Positions 47,901 to 57,065 of a stretch of DNA of 57,065 bases are shown piece after piece; position 1 is the stretch's first letter, and every line of letters begins with the position of its first letter. The notes under the pieces were generated by a model. That model had not been told where the DNA came from and searched no databases. It worked only from the letters and a program-made list of their open reading frames with translations. The stretch comes from a virus (Duplodnaviria > Caudoviricetes), in the IMG/VR virus record IMGVR_UViG_3300033388_003385, positions 1-57,065 of that record; one strand, given 5' to 3'. Both the position numbers and the translations under genes were made by a program.

Positions 47901-50900
47901 CGAGTAGTATTTAAGGTCGTCTTGGAAGATATCATTTTCCAGGCGCGCTTTGAAGTCGCTCATTCCGCGGCCAGCCTCGAACAGCTTGGCATATCGCTCG
48001 TTCTTTTCCGCTTTATACAGCGGCGTGAGTACCGCATTCGCCAACCAGCCGATATCTTTTTTTACCCCTTTTTCTCTGGGTTGTTCACCAAAGAACGTTT
48101 GTATCCAGGACTGCGCGTTACCCAGGAACCCTTTACCCGCGTCCGCGGTAGGGGTCGGTTTTTCACGGTACTGCACAGCCTCCCGCGCTGCCTCACGAAT
48201 GGGTCCACGCTCCGCAATCTCACCGCCGACGATTTTATCATAGAGATTATACAGCCGGTCGCGATCCGTCGTTAACTTGACGAACGCCTTTACCCGTCGC
48301 AGTAGCCGTCCGAAGATACGCCGGATAGCCCCGGACACTCCTTTCCCGGAGTTCACGTATTCGATAAACTTATTCGCCCGCTTCTCAGCGTTTGGTTCAG
48401 CTTTATCGATGGTTTCCAGCTCATTTGGCGTAAGTAACAAATCCTCAGCTGCGTGCATCGCCTCATGTACTGCGGTGTCGGTCGGGTCCGCTTGCTTATC
48501 AACGATCTTAATGAGTCCTTTGCTATAACTGCCGACCATAGGCTCAGCGCCGCGCAGGACTTGGTCAACAAACTCCAGATCCTTGGCAACCTCAGCGCCC
48601 AACAGCTTCCGCACTAGATTGCGAATCCGCAACTTATCGGCGGCGGATGCCTTGGGCAATGCCTCAGCTAGCGCGTCAGCAGTAGGCTCGCGGAATTGCG
48701 TCTTGCGCGCTTCATCGATCTCAGCTTTAAGGTCCATAAGCTGTTTCAGCTTCTCATACTGCTCAGTGACAAACTCAGCCACTTCCTTATTGTAGCCGAC
48801 CATCGCAGCGGCCTGGCCGCGGTCTGTCATCCCGTCGACAAGGTCAATGCCCTGGTCAAGAGCGTGGAAGATAGCGTCGATATTCTTCTCATATTCACCG
48901 AGTCGTTCACGAATGGCGTTATCGACAAGGTCGATTTCCTGCTGTAGCTGGAGCCAGCGCGGGATCGGCGACGCCGTGTCGACATCAAACTCCAATTCGC
49001 CTTCCGTCTCTACTGTCGGCAACACGTCGGCTTTCTCTTCTGCCTTACGGCGCATGCTTATCTCAAAGCCTTGGCTTCCGCGATACGAGTCATACCCGCC
49101 GCCCTGCGGCCATGCTGGCTTGCCGGTTATTGCCGCGGGTTTTTCACCACTTTGCAATTCTTCGTTGAGCTGTTCTTGTTCGTCGATCAGCTTATCCAGT
49201 TCTTTCGACTCGGAGAATGGCGCATCCATCAGCTTCTTAAGTTCAGCTGCGGCCTCTGCATTCTCTTTGAACTGCGTCTGGATCTTCTTCCTGGTGGCAG
49301 GCATGTTGCGAACCATTCGCGGCACGGCAGAAAGCAATCCTTCGCCAACCGAGAAGGCACCGTCTGCGGTGTACAGGTTGGGCACTTTAATTGATGGGAT
49401 TTGGTATTTGAAGTAAACCCCGCCGTCACGCGCCGAGCTGGTTACGGCGTCGATTCGCACCTCTACGCCATTAATCGTGAGGTTGAACGTTTCGCGCCCT
49501 GGGCGAGCCTCTAAGGTCTTTTCTGCTTGGTCAACGAGTTTGTTGATGTATTCGGCAGCTGCCTTGCCCTTATACGAACGTCCATTGTGGACCAAGGTAG
49601 GTTCCTCGACGTCCATCGACTTCTTATATTTCTCAGTCAGCTTATCGAACGAAGAAAGCACCCTGTCCTGGTCTTTTGCAATTGAGGTTTTCCAACTGTA
49701 ATCAATGGCGATCTTGTCCTTCTTCCGGCGGTGTGCGCGCTCAAGCAACTGGAGTTCTTTCACGCGAGCGTCTACTCCAACCTTACGCCGAGCTGCTGGG
49801 TTGCCGGAGAAGAGGGCAGAGGCTTCGGCAAAGCTCAGTTCAGAATCATTATCTTCAGCCAGCGTCCGGGCCTCTGTCCCTTTCATCCCCTGGTTGATAA
49901 AGCGCTGCTTGCGCTCAAGCATTTGGTACATACCGGCATCAAGAGTTTTCTCGACGCCATAGCGCACGATCTCAACACCGCCGTACTTCTTGACCATCTC
50001 CGGCAATGCAAACATGTTACCCTGGCGGATAATCCGCCCTTCGCGCTGTTCCATGTCGGCTGGTCTATATGGTGCATCTATATGGTGCAGGGCTGCTAAA
50101 CGTTCTTGGATGTTTGCACCAATACCCATACGTGGGGTACTTCCGATCACGACACGGATCTTACCTTCGTTGACTTGGTCGAATAAGAATTCACGCTTTG
50201 TTTGCGTGCTATAGTCGGAGATAACAGCAATTTCATCCTCGGGGACGCCTTTACGAACAAGCTCAGCCTTCAGCTCATCCCAAGCATTGAATAACTCTTT
50301 ACCCTCTTCATCAAGAGCGCGGTAAGTATCCAGGAATACAGCCTGAACACCATCTTCTTTATCATACTTCTTGTAGCGCTCCGTAATCTCAGACGCCGCC
50401 CGCATGAGCTTGGAATTAGGGTCTGCTGGCAATGTGGGGTCAACCAACCGCATATCGACAGTAGATTTGCGCCCAAGACCAAAGATAACCAGGGGAATAT
50501 GTGAGTTCTCTTTCTTCTCTTTGCCCGAGAGGTTTTCAAACCATTCATAGAGTTCGCCAAGGAACTGCGTGTACTCTTCCAGGTTGGGAGTGCGGTCAAG
50601 TTTGATCGTTTGCGGGGTGCCACCTTGAATAGCTGGGCGTGGCACATCTTTAAGATCCTCGGGCAAGATAACATCAGCTGCTTCCTGGAACATTGTCGCC
50701 AGCTCCGGCGCATTCAGGAATGAGGCAAAGCGCTCGATCTGTCGGAACCGTCCAGCCGCGTCTATTTCCAAGCCTGCCACGGTCTGGGTAAATGCTGTAG
50801 CAAACTCATCAAACTTCTCAATACCCCAATCCCGCAGTATTTGCGGGTTGACGTAACGAACCATATTCCACAGCTCGGCCAGAGTATTGGTAACGGGGGT

Positions 50901-53900
50901 GCCTGTTGCCAGCACAATGTTTTTGCCGCCGGTCTTATCCCGAACGTGTTGCAGCTTGATCGAAAGGCTGGAAGCTTTTTGGCTAAAGCCCGTGTCCAGC
51001 CCTTTAACGTTCTCCATCTGCGTCAAGAAGAAGTTCTTTTTATACAAGTGTGCTTCATCCAGGAACACCGCATCAACGCCGAGATCTTCGAAGAAGACCG
51101 TATCGTCAACTTTACGGTCAAGTAGTTTTTTTAACCTGTCTTCAAGGCTCTTTTTGGCCGATTCTAGCTGTTTTACTCCTGGGGACTTCTTACCATCACG
51201 TTCTGCGCCTTCGCGAATGGCATCTTCCAATTCATCCAACTGCCCGCGGATATGCGCTTGGATACGTGCAGGGTCATCCGGGATCAGATCAAACTGCGAA
51301 TGACTTACGACGATGATGTCGTAATCACCGGTCGCAACTCGCGACATAAACGTTTTGCGGTTCTGCGCGCTCATGTCCTTTCTTGTAACCTGGAGAACCT
51401 TTGCCGAAGGATATAGCTTAGGAATGAACTTGGAGAATTGCTCAATCGTAGAGTTCTGCACAACGATCAGGGATTTATCCGCAAGCCCCATGCGTTTCAT
51501 TTCCATAGCCGCCGTAACCATCACGCCGGTCTTGCCCGCGCCCACGGCATGAGCCAGCAATGTCGGCTTTTGCAGGATTCTGTTAACTGCAACGCGCTGG
51601 TAATCACGCAGGATGTATGGTTTATCGTCAACCACAGAGGATGCCCCTGGGTACACATTCCTGTCATACATCTGCGTGTACTTTCGCGGGACAACTGCGT
51701 TAAACTTCTCGTTGTAGATCTTCTCCAGCTCTTGTGCCGACTCCTTGTCGGCTTTGACCCATTCGACGAACTTCTTTCGAATCGTATCGAGCATGGCGCG
51801 TGCAGCAAGAGTGCCTTCCGCATCTTTGACCCTGGACTTCCCGTCAGGTCCAGTTGTATAGACGGTCGGTTGTTTGCCGTTAAGCGCAGCCGTGATCAAC
51901 TTCTCTGCCGTCAAAGTCCCGGAGGCATATTCAGTATTATTTGCGGTAGAGCCCTTGCCGTCCGCAGCGTCAATGCTCCATAGGTTCTGTACGCCTTCCC
52001 GCCCGGACGGCGTCAAGGTGATCGTCGAACGTCGTGATTTGAAAAGATCACGCACCCATCTGGTATAGATGGAGCTTGGCACCCACTGAGAGCCCAGCCG
52101 CAAGCTAATCTCCTGGATCTCCTTATCAACGGGCTGCAAAGGTTTCAACGCGTCGACGTTTCTATCGTAATCGGGGTTCTCCTTTGCGGACTCTGTCGCC
52201 TCGGCAAGCTTTTTGCGCACATTACCGCTCAGGTATTCGTCGCGAGTTTCAATCTGCCCGGTCTGCGGATTGCGGTAGAAATCGGGAGATCCCAGCAATT
52301 CTACCTCAGCCGCATCCGGCGTCATGCCTGTAAGCTCGGTCACGTATTGCATATCGATATTGTTTCGATATGCAATACTGATAGCAGCAGCATCCAGCGC
52401 GTTGTCGGCTTTTTTCGGTTCCTGCCAAGGGTGCTGAACCCGTTTGGTGAAGATAGGGCCTTTAGAATATTCCTTTACAAAGACAATTCTGCCCTTCTTC
52501 TTCACTGTCTTTGGTGTGACTTCTTCGACCGAGAGCACTAGCGGGTATTCAGGGTCTGTGCTTAGAAAACTATGCCTACGGTTGTTTCCGAATTCGCCAT
52601 GTTTCTTGACGTGTTTGTCGTAAGCGTCATTCAACTTCTTGCGCTGCGCCTCAATCTGCTTGTCAGTCGCTTCAGAGGATTTTTCCAGCGAGATCAGAGC
52701 TTTGACGTTCTCACGCACCGGCACATACGTCTTAGCCCGCTCCACTTGCAACTTGTTGTCTCCCCAGGCAACAGGCTGCAACCTGCCCGCGCGGATCTCG
52801 TAGACCTTCCCGCCTTTAACCTGGATGGAATATTCCTTGCCTTTTGCCAATGCGCCTACTTCTGCGTCGGAGTCGCGGATCACGGCAGTTTTGCTTTTGC
52901 CCAACACGTCTTTCGGGAACTGAGTAATTGCCTTGTCCAGGGACTGTTTAACGTCTGTACCTGGGACTACTTCAAGGTTAGGCGTGTCTGCGCGGTACAT
53001 CGAGCCCGTGAGTGCCAACCGCCCGAGAAGCATCTCAGGGTTTGCCGCGTAATATTCGTTGATAGAGACATCGCCCTTTTTGTCATATGTCGGGATGGCC
53101 TTTGTTTCTACCCAAGGCTGGGCTGCTGTTGTCGGTGCTCCGTCACGCTTACGCAAGACGATCATATCCGTCACAACCTCGGTGCCTGCACTCTTCTTGA
53201 ATGTGGTGTCCGGCAAACGAACAGCGCCGACGAGTTCAGCGCGTTCAGCGAGATAGCGACGTTGTTTGATGTTGCTGTCCATAGTCCCTGTACTGGTAAT
53301 AGCGACAACCAAACCTCCAGGCTTCACGGCATCGAGCGCGCGAGCGAAGAAATAGTTGTGCAGAGACATCGTAGGATACGCCTTGTCGTATGGCCCCTTC
53401 TCATGGAAGGGGAAGTTGCCGATCACCATATCCAAGGAGTTGTCCGGGATGTCGGTATCCTCAAGCCCCTTCACGTGGACCTCGGCCTGCGGATACAGTT
53501 TCTCCAGCATACCGCCGGTAACCTTGTCCATCTCGACAGCGACCATGTCCGTCTTCTTCGCCACGTTATCGGGGGTGAGCCCCATAAAGTGACCGACACC
53601 AGCGCCGAATTCACCCACACGTCCACCTTTGAAGCCCAGATGCTCGGCAAGATCCCATGCCCCTTCAATAATACTGCGCTCGGTATAGTGTGCGTTCAGT
53701 ACAGATCGTGCCGCCGCGTCAATTTCTACTTGCGTCAGCAGGTCGGCAAGCTGCTCGTAGTATTTACCCCACTTCTTCGACCATTTTTCATCATAGCCAA
53801 AAGGCTTATACCCACGCTTTGCCTTGATAAGGTGAGCTTGGGCTTTCTCTTTGTCGAAAAGCCCCGCAAGTCCTCCCCAGCCGACGTATTTAGCCAACGT

Positions 53901-56900
53901 CTTCTTTTCTTTCGGGGATGGCAGGCGATCGGCCTTTTGCAGCTTCTTCAATAGAGCGATAGCGCTTAGGTTCGCTTTCGTCTTGGAGACATCGCCGCCG
54001 ACGATAAGTACATCTTCAGGGGCAATGCGGTGGTTCTTTTCGGCAGGAGTTAGTCTTGCAGGCTTCTCTTGAACCGGCTCAATTTCGCCTTCAACCTTGG
54101 CGACAACGGCGGTTGGCTCATCTCTGTCTCGGGGTACACGATCTCTCTCAGTACGAGCTCGCTTGCCTCTTGTTTCGACATCCCGCCCTGTATCAGCTGG
54201 TACTCCTGGCCCCACGCCTGTTGCGTCTTTTTGTCCAGGTAGTTTTCTAGCGGCTTTGTCCCGTCCTTCTTCAGGAGTCGGGCCAGCCTTAGCGGCTGCT
54301 CTTCTTCCAGCCACTCCAGGTGCTTCCACCACATCGGGCTTTCGTTCATCTCTAACGTCGACATCAACAGGTTCCTCTTCCTTACTTATAATAGACTCTT
54401 TCCCGACGCCCTTGTCAACGATTTTGAGGATAGCCTTCGCCTCTTTCCTGGTCACGTCCTGCATGTCATCGCCGAATTCTGACTGCTCGGCTGCACCCTG
54501 CCACCAGGAGACGAGGTAGGGCTTTGCTTTATCGCCGAACACATCAATCATGTTCTTGGCGTATTCAGCAAAATTGCGGATGCCTGCTTCTGCGTAGATC
54601 ACAGTCAGCTCGATACCATCGCTCATCAACGTAGGGTCGATCCCTACGCCAAGGTGGCCAAACTTCTTTTGCATCTTCTTCTTCAGCTCTTCCGCCCGAG
54701 CCTGCTTCTCTTCAGAGAGATTAGAAAGGAAACCGGCCTCCCGTTTCGCTTTAACCTCTTTCGCCTTTTTCTTGATCTGTTCAGCTTTTGAAGGCTCCGC
54801 GGGTTTTTTTATAAGTGGCTTCGCAATCGGCTTCGGTACTGGTTCCGGCGTCGGTGCAACTTCGGCCTCTTCCGCCTTTAGCTCTCTAACTCGCTTGGGC
54901 TCCGCAGTCTCCAGCTTCTCTGCCAAGGCATCACGTGCCCACTTATTAAACTTATATGCCTCAAGCACTTTAACAGGAACGTCCCGCCCCTCTTTAAGGG
55001 CTTGTTTCACCTGTTTAGGATGTGCGCTCTTTTTGATAGCTATTTCATTTACATCGGTTACGTCCTCGACATATTCAGACGGTGTCAACATCCACGGTTC
55101 TTCCGCCTTTGAAGGCTTCACTTCCCCTAGCTCTTGCTCTGTCGCCGCAATCTCTTCCTCAGTAATATCCACTTGCTCAGCAGGCGCGGCCATTTCCTCT
55201 ACTGGCGCAGGTTCAGGCTCCACCAGAGCCGCCGCTTCCGGGACGGCCTGGGCTGCGCGGGCTAACTCAAACTCTTCCATACGTTGCGATTCTTCCGGCG
55301 TTGCCGTGATTTCACGTTCCGCGCGCAACTCCTCGAATGGCTGTTGCAACCCTTGTTGAGCACGTTCGTAATCAGACCGCAATTGCCGCCCTGGTTCGCC
55401 GGAGATATCCTCTTCAGCAAGTAATGCAGCTTGCTGAACATCGTTCCCGGCGGCGCGCATATACTCAACCCAAGCTTGCGGCCCGACTTCGTCGCGCAAA
55501 GCAGCGACTTCCATTTCATCAAAAGAGACCTCAGGCGCAACCGCTTGCGGGGGAATGGGGGGTGCTTCTGGGGGGATTGGCTGTTGTGCGGCTGGTTGTT
55601 CTGCTCCTAACCCAAACAGGATATCATCCACATCGCTTTCGGGCGGTACGAACTCCAGGCCTTCCGCTTCAGCCGTCGATTCCGGCGATGCCGGGGCTGG
55701 ATCGACCGTTTGCCCGGTGGCCATATCGACAGGTTCTTGCGGCGTTTCTGCACCCTCATCCAGCCCGTGCTGTTGTTCCGTTTCCGTGGTTGAATCAGAG
55801 AACGGTTGTAGCGTACCCTCATCGATCATATCGACCGGCGCTTTTTGTGAGCGCTCAGCCGTTTTAGCTGCGAGCCGTCGTAGCCCGCGCCCGGTTGCGG
55901 ACGCCCCGCCGAACATTCCACCGGCAAGACCGCCGGATGCTGAGGCCTCGGCCCAGTTCATGAATTGTTCTTTCGTAGCGATGCGGAATTCCGGGTCATT
56001 GATCTCTTGGTTGAGCGAGCCTAGGAACTCCTGGAACCCTTCTTGCCCGGCTTCAGTTCCGACAGAATCCCATAGCGCCCCAGCGGCGCGACGAGTAAGC
56101 CCGCGCTTGCCCAGGTCGGCGACCTTAGAGCGAACTGCTCCGGAGAAAATCTTATTCAGCTTCGGCGTCACACCAAACGCACTCTCTGAAAGGCCCGAGA
56201 CGAGGCCCAGCGCCAACGAGGAGACCGGCGCATCGATTCCCCGTTCTTTGAGCTCACCGTACATCCCGCCGCCTTCCATGGCTGTACCGGCAATCGTTGT
56301 ACCCAGGAACGCCCCACCGCGTTTTGCGAGGTGATTGTGCAGTTGCCGTTTAGCGAGTTCACGCGCCGTTTTGTGACTGACGCCCTTCTTGAGGTGTTGC
56401 GCCGCCATCTTCGCGAGTGCCTGCTTAATCGCGCCGCGCGAGAAGAAACCACCGATAGCCCCGGCGGGGATCGCGACCACATCATCCGGACCAATGCCGG
56501 GGACGGCCTGCGACCCGATAGCCGCACCAGCTGCGGACGTCAGCGCCATCTCAGTTAGCGACGGCAGGAACTCACCGATCGTACCAGCGGCCCACGTTCC
56601 CAGGTTCTCGACAGAGCCGAAGGCCCCTTGCTTGGGATCGGCGGAAAAGAACTTTTGCACAGTCCGCGGGTTTTCCGCAGCTTCGCGCATTTGCTCCTGA
56701 TAGCCTTCAAACGACCGTTGCGCCCCGAGCTCATCGCCGGTGAGCTTACGCATCGCGCCCAGGAACCCGTGACCTGTGGCTTGTAGATTATCAATACCGG
56801 AAAGAAGCCCGCGCGTGAACTCTGAGCGCCCGGCAAGGTTTTTCGCCGCGATCTGCTCGGTTTCGATTGCCTGTTGCTCTTCTTCTTGGGCAAATTCATC

Positions 56901-56927
56901 TGCAAGCCACTGAGTACGATCACTCAT
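44961..56927 (-). CDS. DarB-like large polyvalent virion protein (3988 aa): N6-adenine methyltransferase + SNF2-type helicase + HExxH region
   Basis: EFGAGVGHF and GNFPF MTase motifs; AHAVGAGKT, DEAH, ATGTP, QREGRIIRQGN helicase motifs; HEAMH; last gene of virion operon. Confidence 0.9.
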   Translation of the reverse strand: MSDRTQWLADEFAQEEEQQAIETEQIAAKNLAGRSEFTRGLLSGIDNLQATGHGFLGAMRKLTGDELGAQRSFEGYQEQMREAAENPRTVQKFFSADPKQGAFGSVENLGTWAAGTIGEFLPSLTEMALTSAAGAAIGSQAVPGIGPDDVVAIPAGAIGGFFSRGAIKQALAKMAAQHLKKGVSHKTARELAKRQLHNHLAKRGGAFLGTTIAGTAMEGGGMYGELKERGIDAPVSSLALGLVSGLSESAFGVTPKLNKIFSGAVRSKVADLGKRGLTRRAAGALWDSVGTEAGQEGFQEFLGSLNQEINDPEFRIATKEQFMNWAEASASGGLAGGMFGGASATGRGLRRLAAKTAERSQKAPVDMIDEGTLQPFSDSTTETEQQHGLDEGAETPQEPVDMATGQTVDPAPASPESTAEAEGLEFVPPESDVDDILFGLGAEQPAAQQPIPPEAPPIPPQAVAPEVSFDEMEVAALRDEVGPQAWVEYMRAAGNDVQQAALLAEEDISGEPGRQLRSDYERAQQGLQQPFEELRAEREITATPEESQRMEEFELARAAQAVPEAAALVEPEPAPVEEMAAPAEQVDITEEEIAATEQELGEVKPSKAEEPWMLTPSEYVEDVTDVNEIAIKKSAHPKQVKQALKEGRDVPVKVLEAYKFNKWARDALAEKLETAEPKRVRELKAEEAEVAPTPEPVPKPIAKPLIKKPAEPSKAEQIKKKAKEVKAKREAGFLSNLSEEKQARAEELKKKMQKKFGHLGVGIDPTLMSDGIELTVIYAEAGIRNFAEYAKNMIDVFGDKAKPYLVSWWQGAAEQSEFGDDMQDVTRKEAKAILKIVDKGVGKESIISKEEEPVDVDVRDERKPDVVEAPGVAGRRAAAKAGPTPEEGRDKAARKLPGQKDATGVGPGVPADTGRDVETRGKRARTERDRVPRDRDEPTAVVAKVEGEIEPVQEKPARLTPAEKNHRIAPEDVLIVGGDVSKTKANLSAIALLKKLQKADRLPSPKEKKTLAKYVGWGGLAGLFDKEKAQAHLIKAKRGYKPFGYDEKWSKKWGKYYEQLADLLTQVEIDAAARSVLNAHYTERSIIEGAWDLAEHLGFKGGRVGEFGAGVGHFMGLTPDNVAKKTDMVAVEMDKVTGGMLEKLYPQAEVHVKGLEDTDIPDNSLDMVIGNFPFHEKGPYDKAYPTMSLHNYFFARALDAVKPGGLVVAITSTGTMDSNIKQRRYLAERAELVGAVRLPDTTFKKSAGTEVVTDMIVLRKRDGAPTTAAQPWVETKAIPTYDKKGDVSINEYYAANPEMLLGRLALTGSMYRADTPNLEVVPGTDVKQSLDKAITQFPKDVLGKSKTAVIRDSDAEVGALAKGKEYSIQVKGGKVYEIRAGRLQPVAWGDNKLQVERAKTYVPVRENVKALISLEKSSEATDKQIEAQRKKLNDAYDKHVKKHGEFGNNRRHSFLSTDPEYPLVLSVEEVTPKTVKKKGRIVFVKEYSKGPIFTKRVQHPWQEPKKADNALDAAAISIAYRNNIDMQYVTELTGMTPDAAEVELLGSPDFYRNPQTGQIETRDEYLSGNVRKKLAEATESAKENPDYDRNVDALKPLQPVDKEIQEISLRLGSQWVPSSIYTRWVRDLFKSRRSTITLTPSGREGVQNLWSIDAADGKGSTANNTEYASGTLTAEKLITAALNGKQPTVYTTGPDGKSRVKDAEGTLAARAMLDTIRKKFVEWVKADKESAQELEKIYNEKFNAVVPRKYTQMYDRNVYPGASSVVDDKPYILRDYQRVAVNRILQKPTLLAHAVGAGKTGVMVTAAMEMKRMGLADKSLIVVQNSTIEQFSKFIPKLYPSAKVLQVTRKDMSAQNRKTFMSRVATGDYDIIVVSHSQFDLIPDDPARIQAHIRGQLDELEDAIREGAERDGKKSPGVKQLESAKKSLEDRLKKLLDRKVDDTVFFEDLGVDAVFLDEAHLYKKNFFLTQMENVKGLDTGFSQKASSLSIKLQHVRDKTGGKNIVLATGTPVTNTLAELWNMVRYVNPQILRDWGIEKFDEFATAFTQTVAGLEIDAAGRFRQIERFASFLNAPELATMFQEAADVILPEDLKDVPRPAIQGGTPQTIKLDRTPNLEEYTQFLGELYEWFENLSGKEKKENSHIPLVIFGLGRKSTVDMRLVDPTLPADPNSKLMRAASEITERYKKYDKEDGVQAVFLDTYRALDEEGKELFNAWDELKAELVRKGVPEDEIAVISDYSTQTKREFLFDQVNEGKIRVVIGSTPRMGIGANIQERLAALHHIDAPYRPADMEQREGRIIRQGNMFALPEMVKKYGGVEIVRYGVEKTLDAGMYQMLERKQRFINQGMKGTEARTLAEDNDSELSFAEASALFSGNPAARRKVGVDARVKELQLLERAHRRKKDKIAIDYSWKTSIAKDQDRVLSSFDKLTEKYKKSMDVEEPTLVHNGRSYKGKAAAEYINKLVDQAEKTLEARPGRETFNLTINGVEVRIDAVTSSARDGGVYFKYQIPSIKVPNLYTADGAFSVGEGLLSAVPRMVRNMPATRKKIQTQFKENAEAAAELKKLMDAPFSESKELDKLIDEQEQLNEELQSGEKPAAITGKPAWPQGGGYDSYRGSQGFEISMRRKAEEKADVLPTVETEGELEFDVDTASPIPRWLQLQQEIDLVDNAIRERLGEYEKNIDAIFHALDQGIDLVDGMTDRGQAAAMVGYNKEVAEFVTEQYEKLKQLMDLKAEIDEARKTQFREPTADALAEALPKASAADKLRIRNLVRKLLGAEVAKDLEFVDQVLRGAEPMVGSYSKGLIKIVDKQADPTDTAVHEAMHAAEDLLLTPNELETIDKAEPNAEKRANKFIEYVNSGKGVSGAIRRIFGRLLRRVKAFVKLTTDRDRLYNLYDKIVGGEIAERGPIREAAREAVQYREKPTPTADAGKGFLGNAQSWIQTFFGEQPREKGVKKDIGWLANAVLTPLYKAEKNERYAKLFEAGRGMSDFKARLENDIFQDDLKYYSNLAKTDPAGFKKVEQYLLEMDREAMGYKVKQNEDGQFEVYKPSGYKLKGIFKTEAAAWRAAVAGEVNDLITHKQFTQEQADAVAAWRRITNRTYDELSQFIGGVAKEMEAVGLDPTKIEADDGTTVDLFDALREMGDRRGHYFPRQRGGGRFQALAKKGNDVDMRIFDTPIGRRAWTSTMRHKGYAVTWKRTERPSEQAFLDLDLVAMNDMIQQALDSAEFSEERQIADLKDMGITSKKIEYKRKDGGVDDYMILTTPFKEAYNEVFKDFGGKYFEIQGEEGKAWHFKDPSQTLESDLANRLLRLKLEERTPVRLIAQALVNQIAKQVESRGSRAAKIGRLGATGEQVIRGYDEDSRRVISKYVKGVAGGTAKTNFAKQAQKIMTGTEESWAEYREVNKPDGFDKMTGKAKQDALSSLWEDYRKLVSDRRIDSAKQPNLYEESTSFTRELLRNEEPAERIMGVAKGLAAMKYLTGIAPGVVNLTAMVTNVPAAMRAYANIPLRKGLRYVGEGMKIFSQGLAHETRGIGGGIKDADMHAAYEEMRNRNYDEALFNREAMEQIQGKLGRGADTFMRIFMYPFAITERVNRGGTVMGIYSAMRDQAGKTEFTPAERADAIDKAIKITDKAHGLYGKVNRPKAVRGSGLGAQALQSAYTFKTYTHNYFQLLASIYEKKDHKALAYAILAPTLLGGAGAAIPVTVVRAVFSAFGLDAPDQPEEKIYGWLRDTMGEPAEKLARQGVPSLAGFNLSGSLAVDIGAPRSFGDFLGAPYSVYKDLTQGAASLMRGDALKGVERMLPRALGAPVKGYREWSEGVTTRTNQPVFYGEDRLKASNFEFLLRSLQFNPSNISYMRDRQWRDKRAAGAFSDRRTELYAQMRRALLKNDTGALGRTINDMEAYNAAVRRQRNKAIPLVTRRTIKSAVTRMRTPPRQEKIRAGLAERAEEESLLELEPEEVIEGRPTIRGRARRTRGRGRGSRRR
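54050..54364 (-). CDS. Candidate nested alternative-frame gene (about 104 aa), TnpV-like
   Basis: AAGGAAGAGG RBS; HLEWLEEEQP..LARLLK..LENYL..QQA..ASELVLREIVYP; overlaps a low-complexity linker of the giant protein. Confidence 0.55.
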   Translation of the reverse strand: MSTLEMNESPMWWKHLEWLEEEQPLRLARLLKKDGTKPLENYLDKKTQQAWGQEYQLIQGGMSKQEASELVLREIVYPETEMSQPPLSPRLKAKLSRFKRSLQD

Positions 56928-56931
56928 TATA

Positions 56932-57065
56932 TTATCTCCGCGTCCGTCGCGTAGGAGCTTTTCGTTCTACCGCCGTCCTCGTTCCTTTCACATCCGCGAT
57001 TACGGCAAGGACTTCATCAAGGTCGAGGTTAAGGTACTTGTATGTACGGGCGATTTCATCATTCG
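56932..57065 (-). CDS. 3' end of the junction-spanning 710-aa gene
   Basis: Reads ...TAVERKAPTRRTRR* in frame with the 1..2113 ORF after circularisation. Confidence 0.85.
   Translation of the reverse strand, partial: NDEIARTYKYLNLDLDEVLAVIADVKGTRTAVERKAPTRRTRR
56952..57065. repeat. Terminal direct repeat (circular assembly overlap), copy 2
   Basis: Identical to 1-114. Confidence 0.97.

Noticed and set aside
52572-53954. Long plus-strand ORFs opposite the giant gene (and 12814-13680 opposite the capsid gene)
   Set aside because: Antisense shadows of well-supported genes, with no motifs

Overview
The window is an apparently complete, circularly assembled temperate dsDNA tailed phage genome of about 56,951 bp; bases 1-114 are repeated at 56952-57065. 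The minus-strand virion module is podovirus-like: terminases, portal, scaffold, capsid, adaptors, tail fibre, a 710-aa gene crossing the junction and a 3,988-aa DarB-like polyvalent protein. It also has a tyrosine integrase with a tRNA-Pro(GGG)-type attP, an excisionase, and SSB, annealase and replication genes. The standout is an RNA-guided system with TIGR-Tas architecture. A 333-aa Nop/IS110-like protein with no visible nuclease domain is flanked by two arrays of 36-nt dual-repeat/dual-spacer units (about 19 and 14 units). A third orphan array (about 11 units) lies 19 kb away and runs directly into an atypical tRNA-like RNA. Also seen: a type II hammerhead ribozyme, a candidate gene nested inside the giant protein, a frameshifted late gene and several recurring regulatory motifs. 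All protein calls come from motif recognition by eye; no searches were run.
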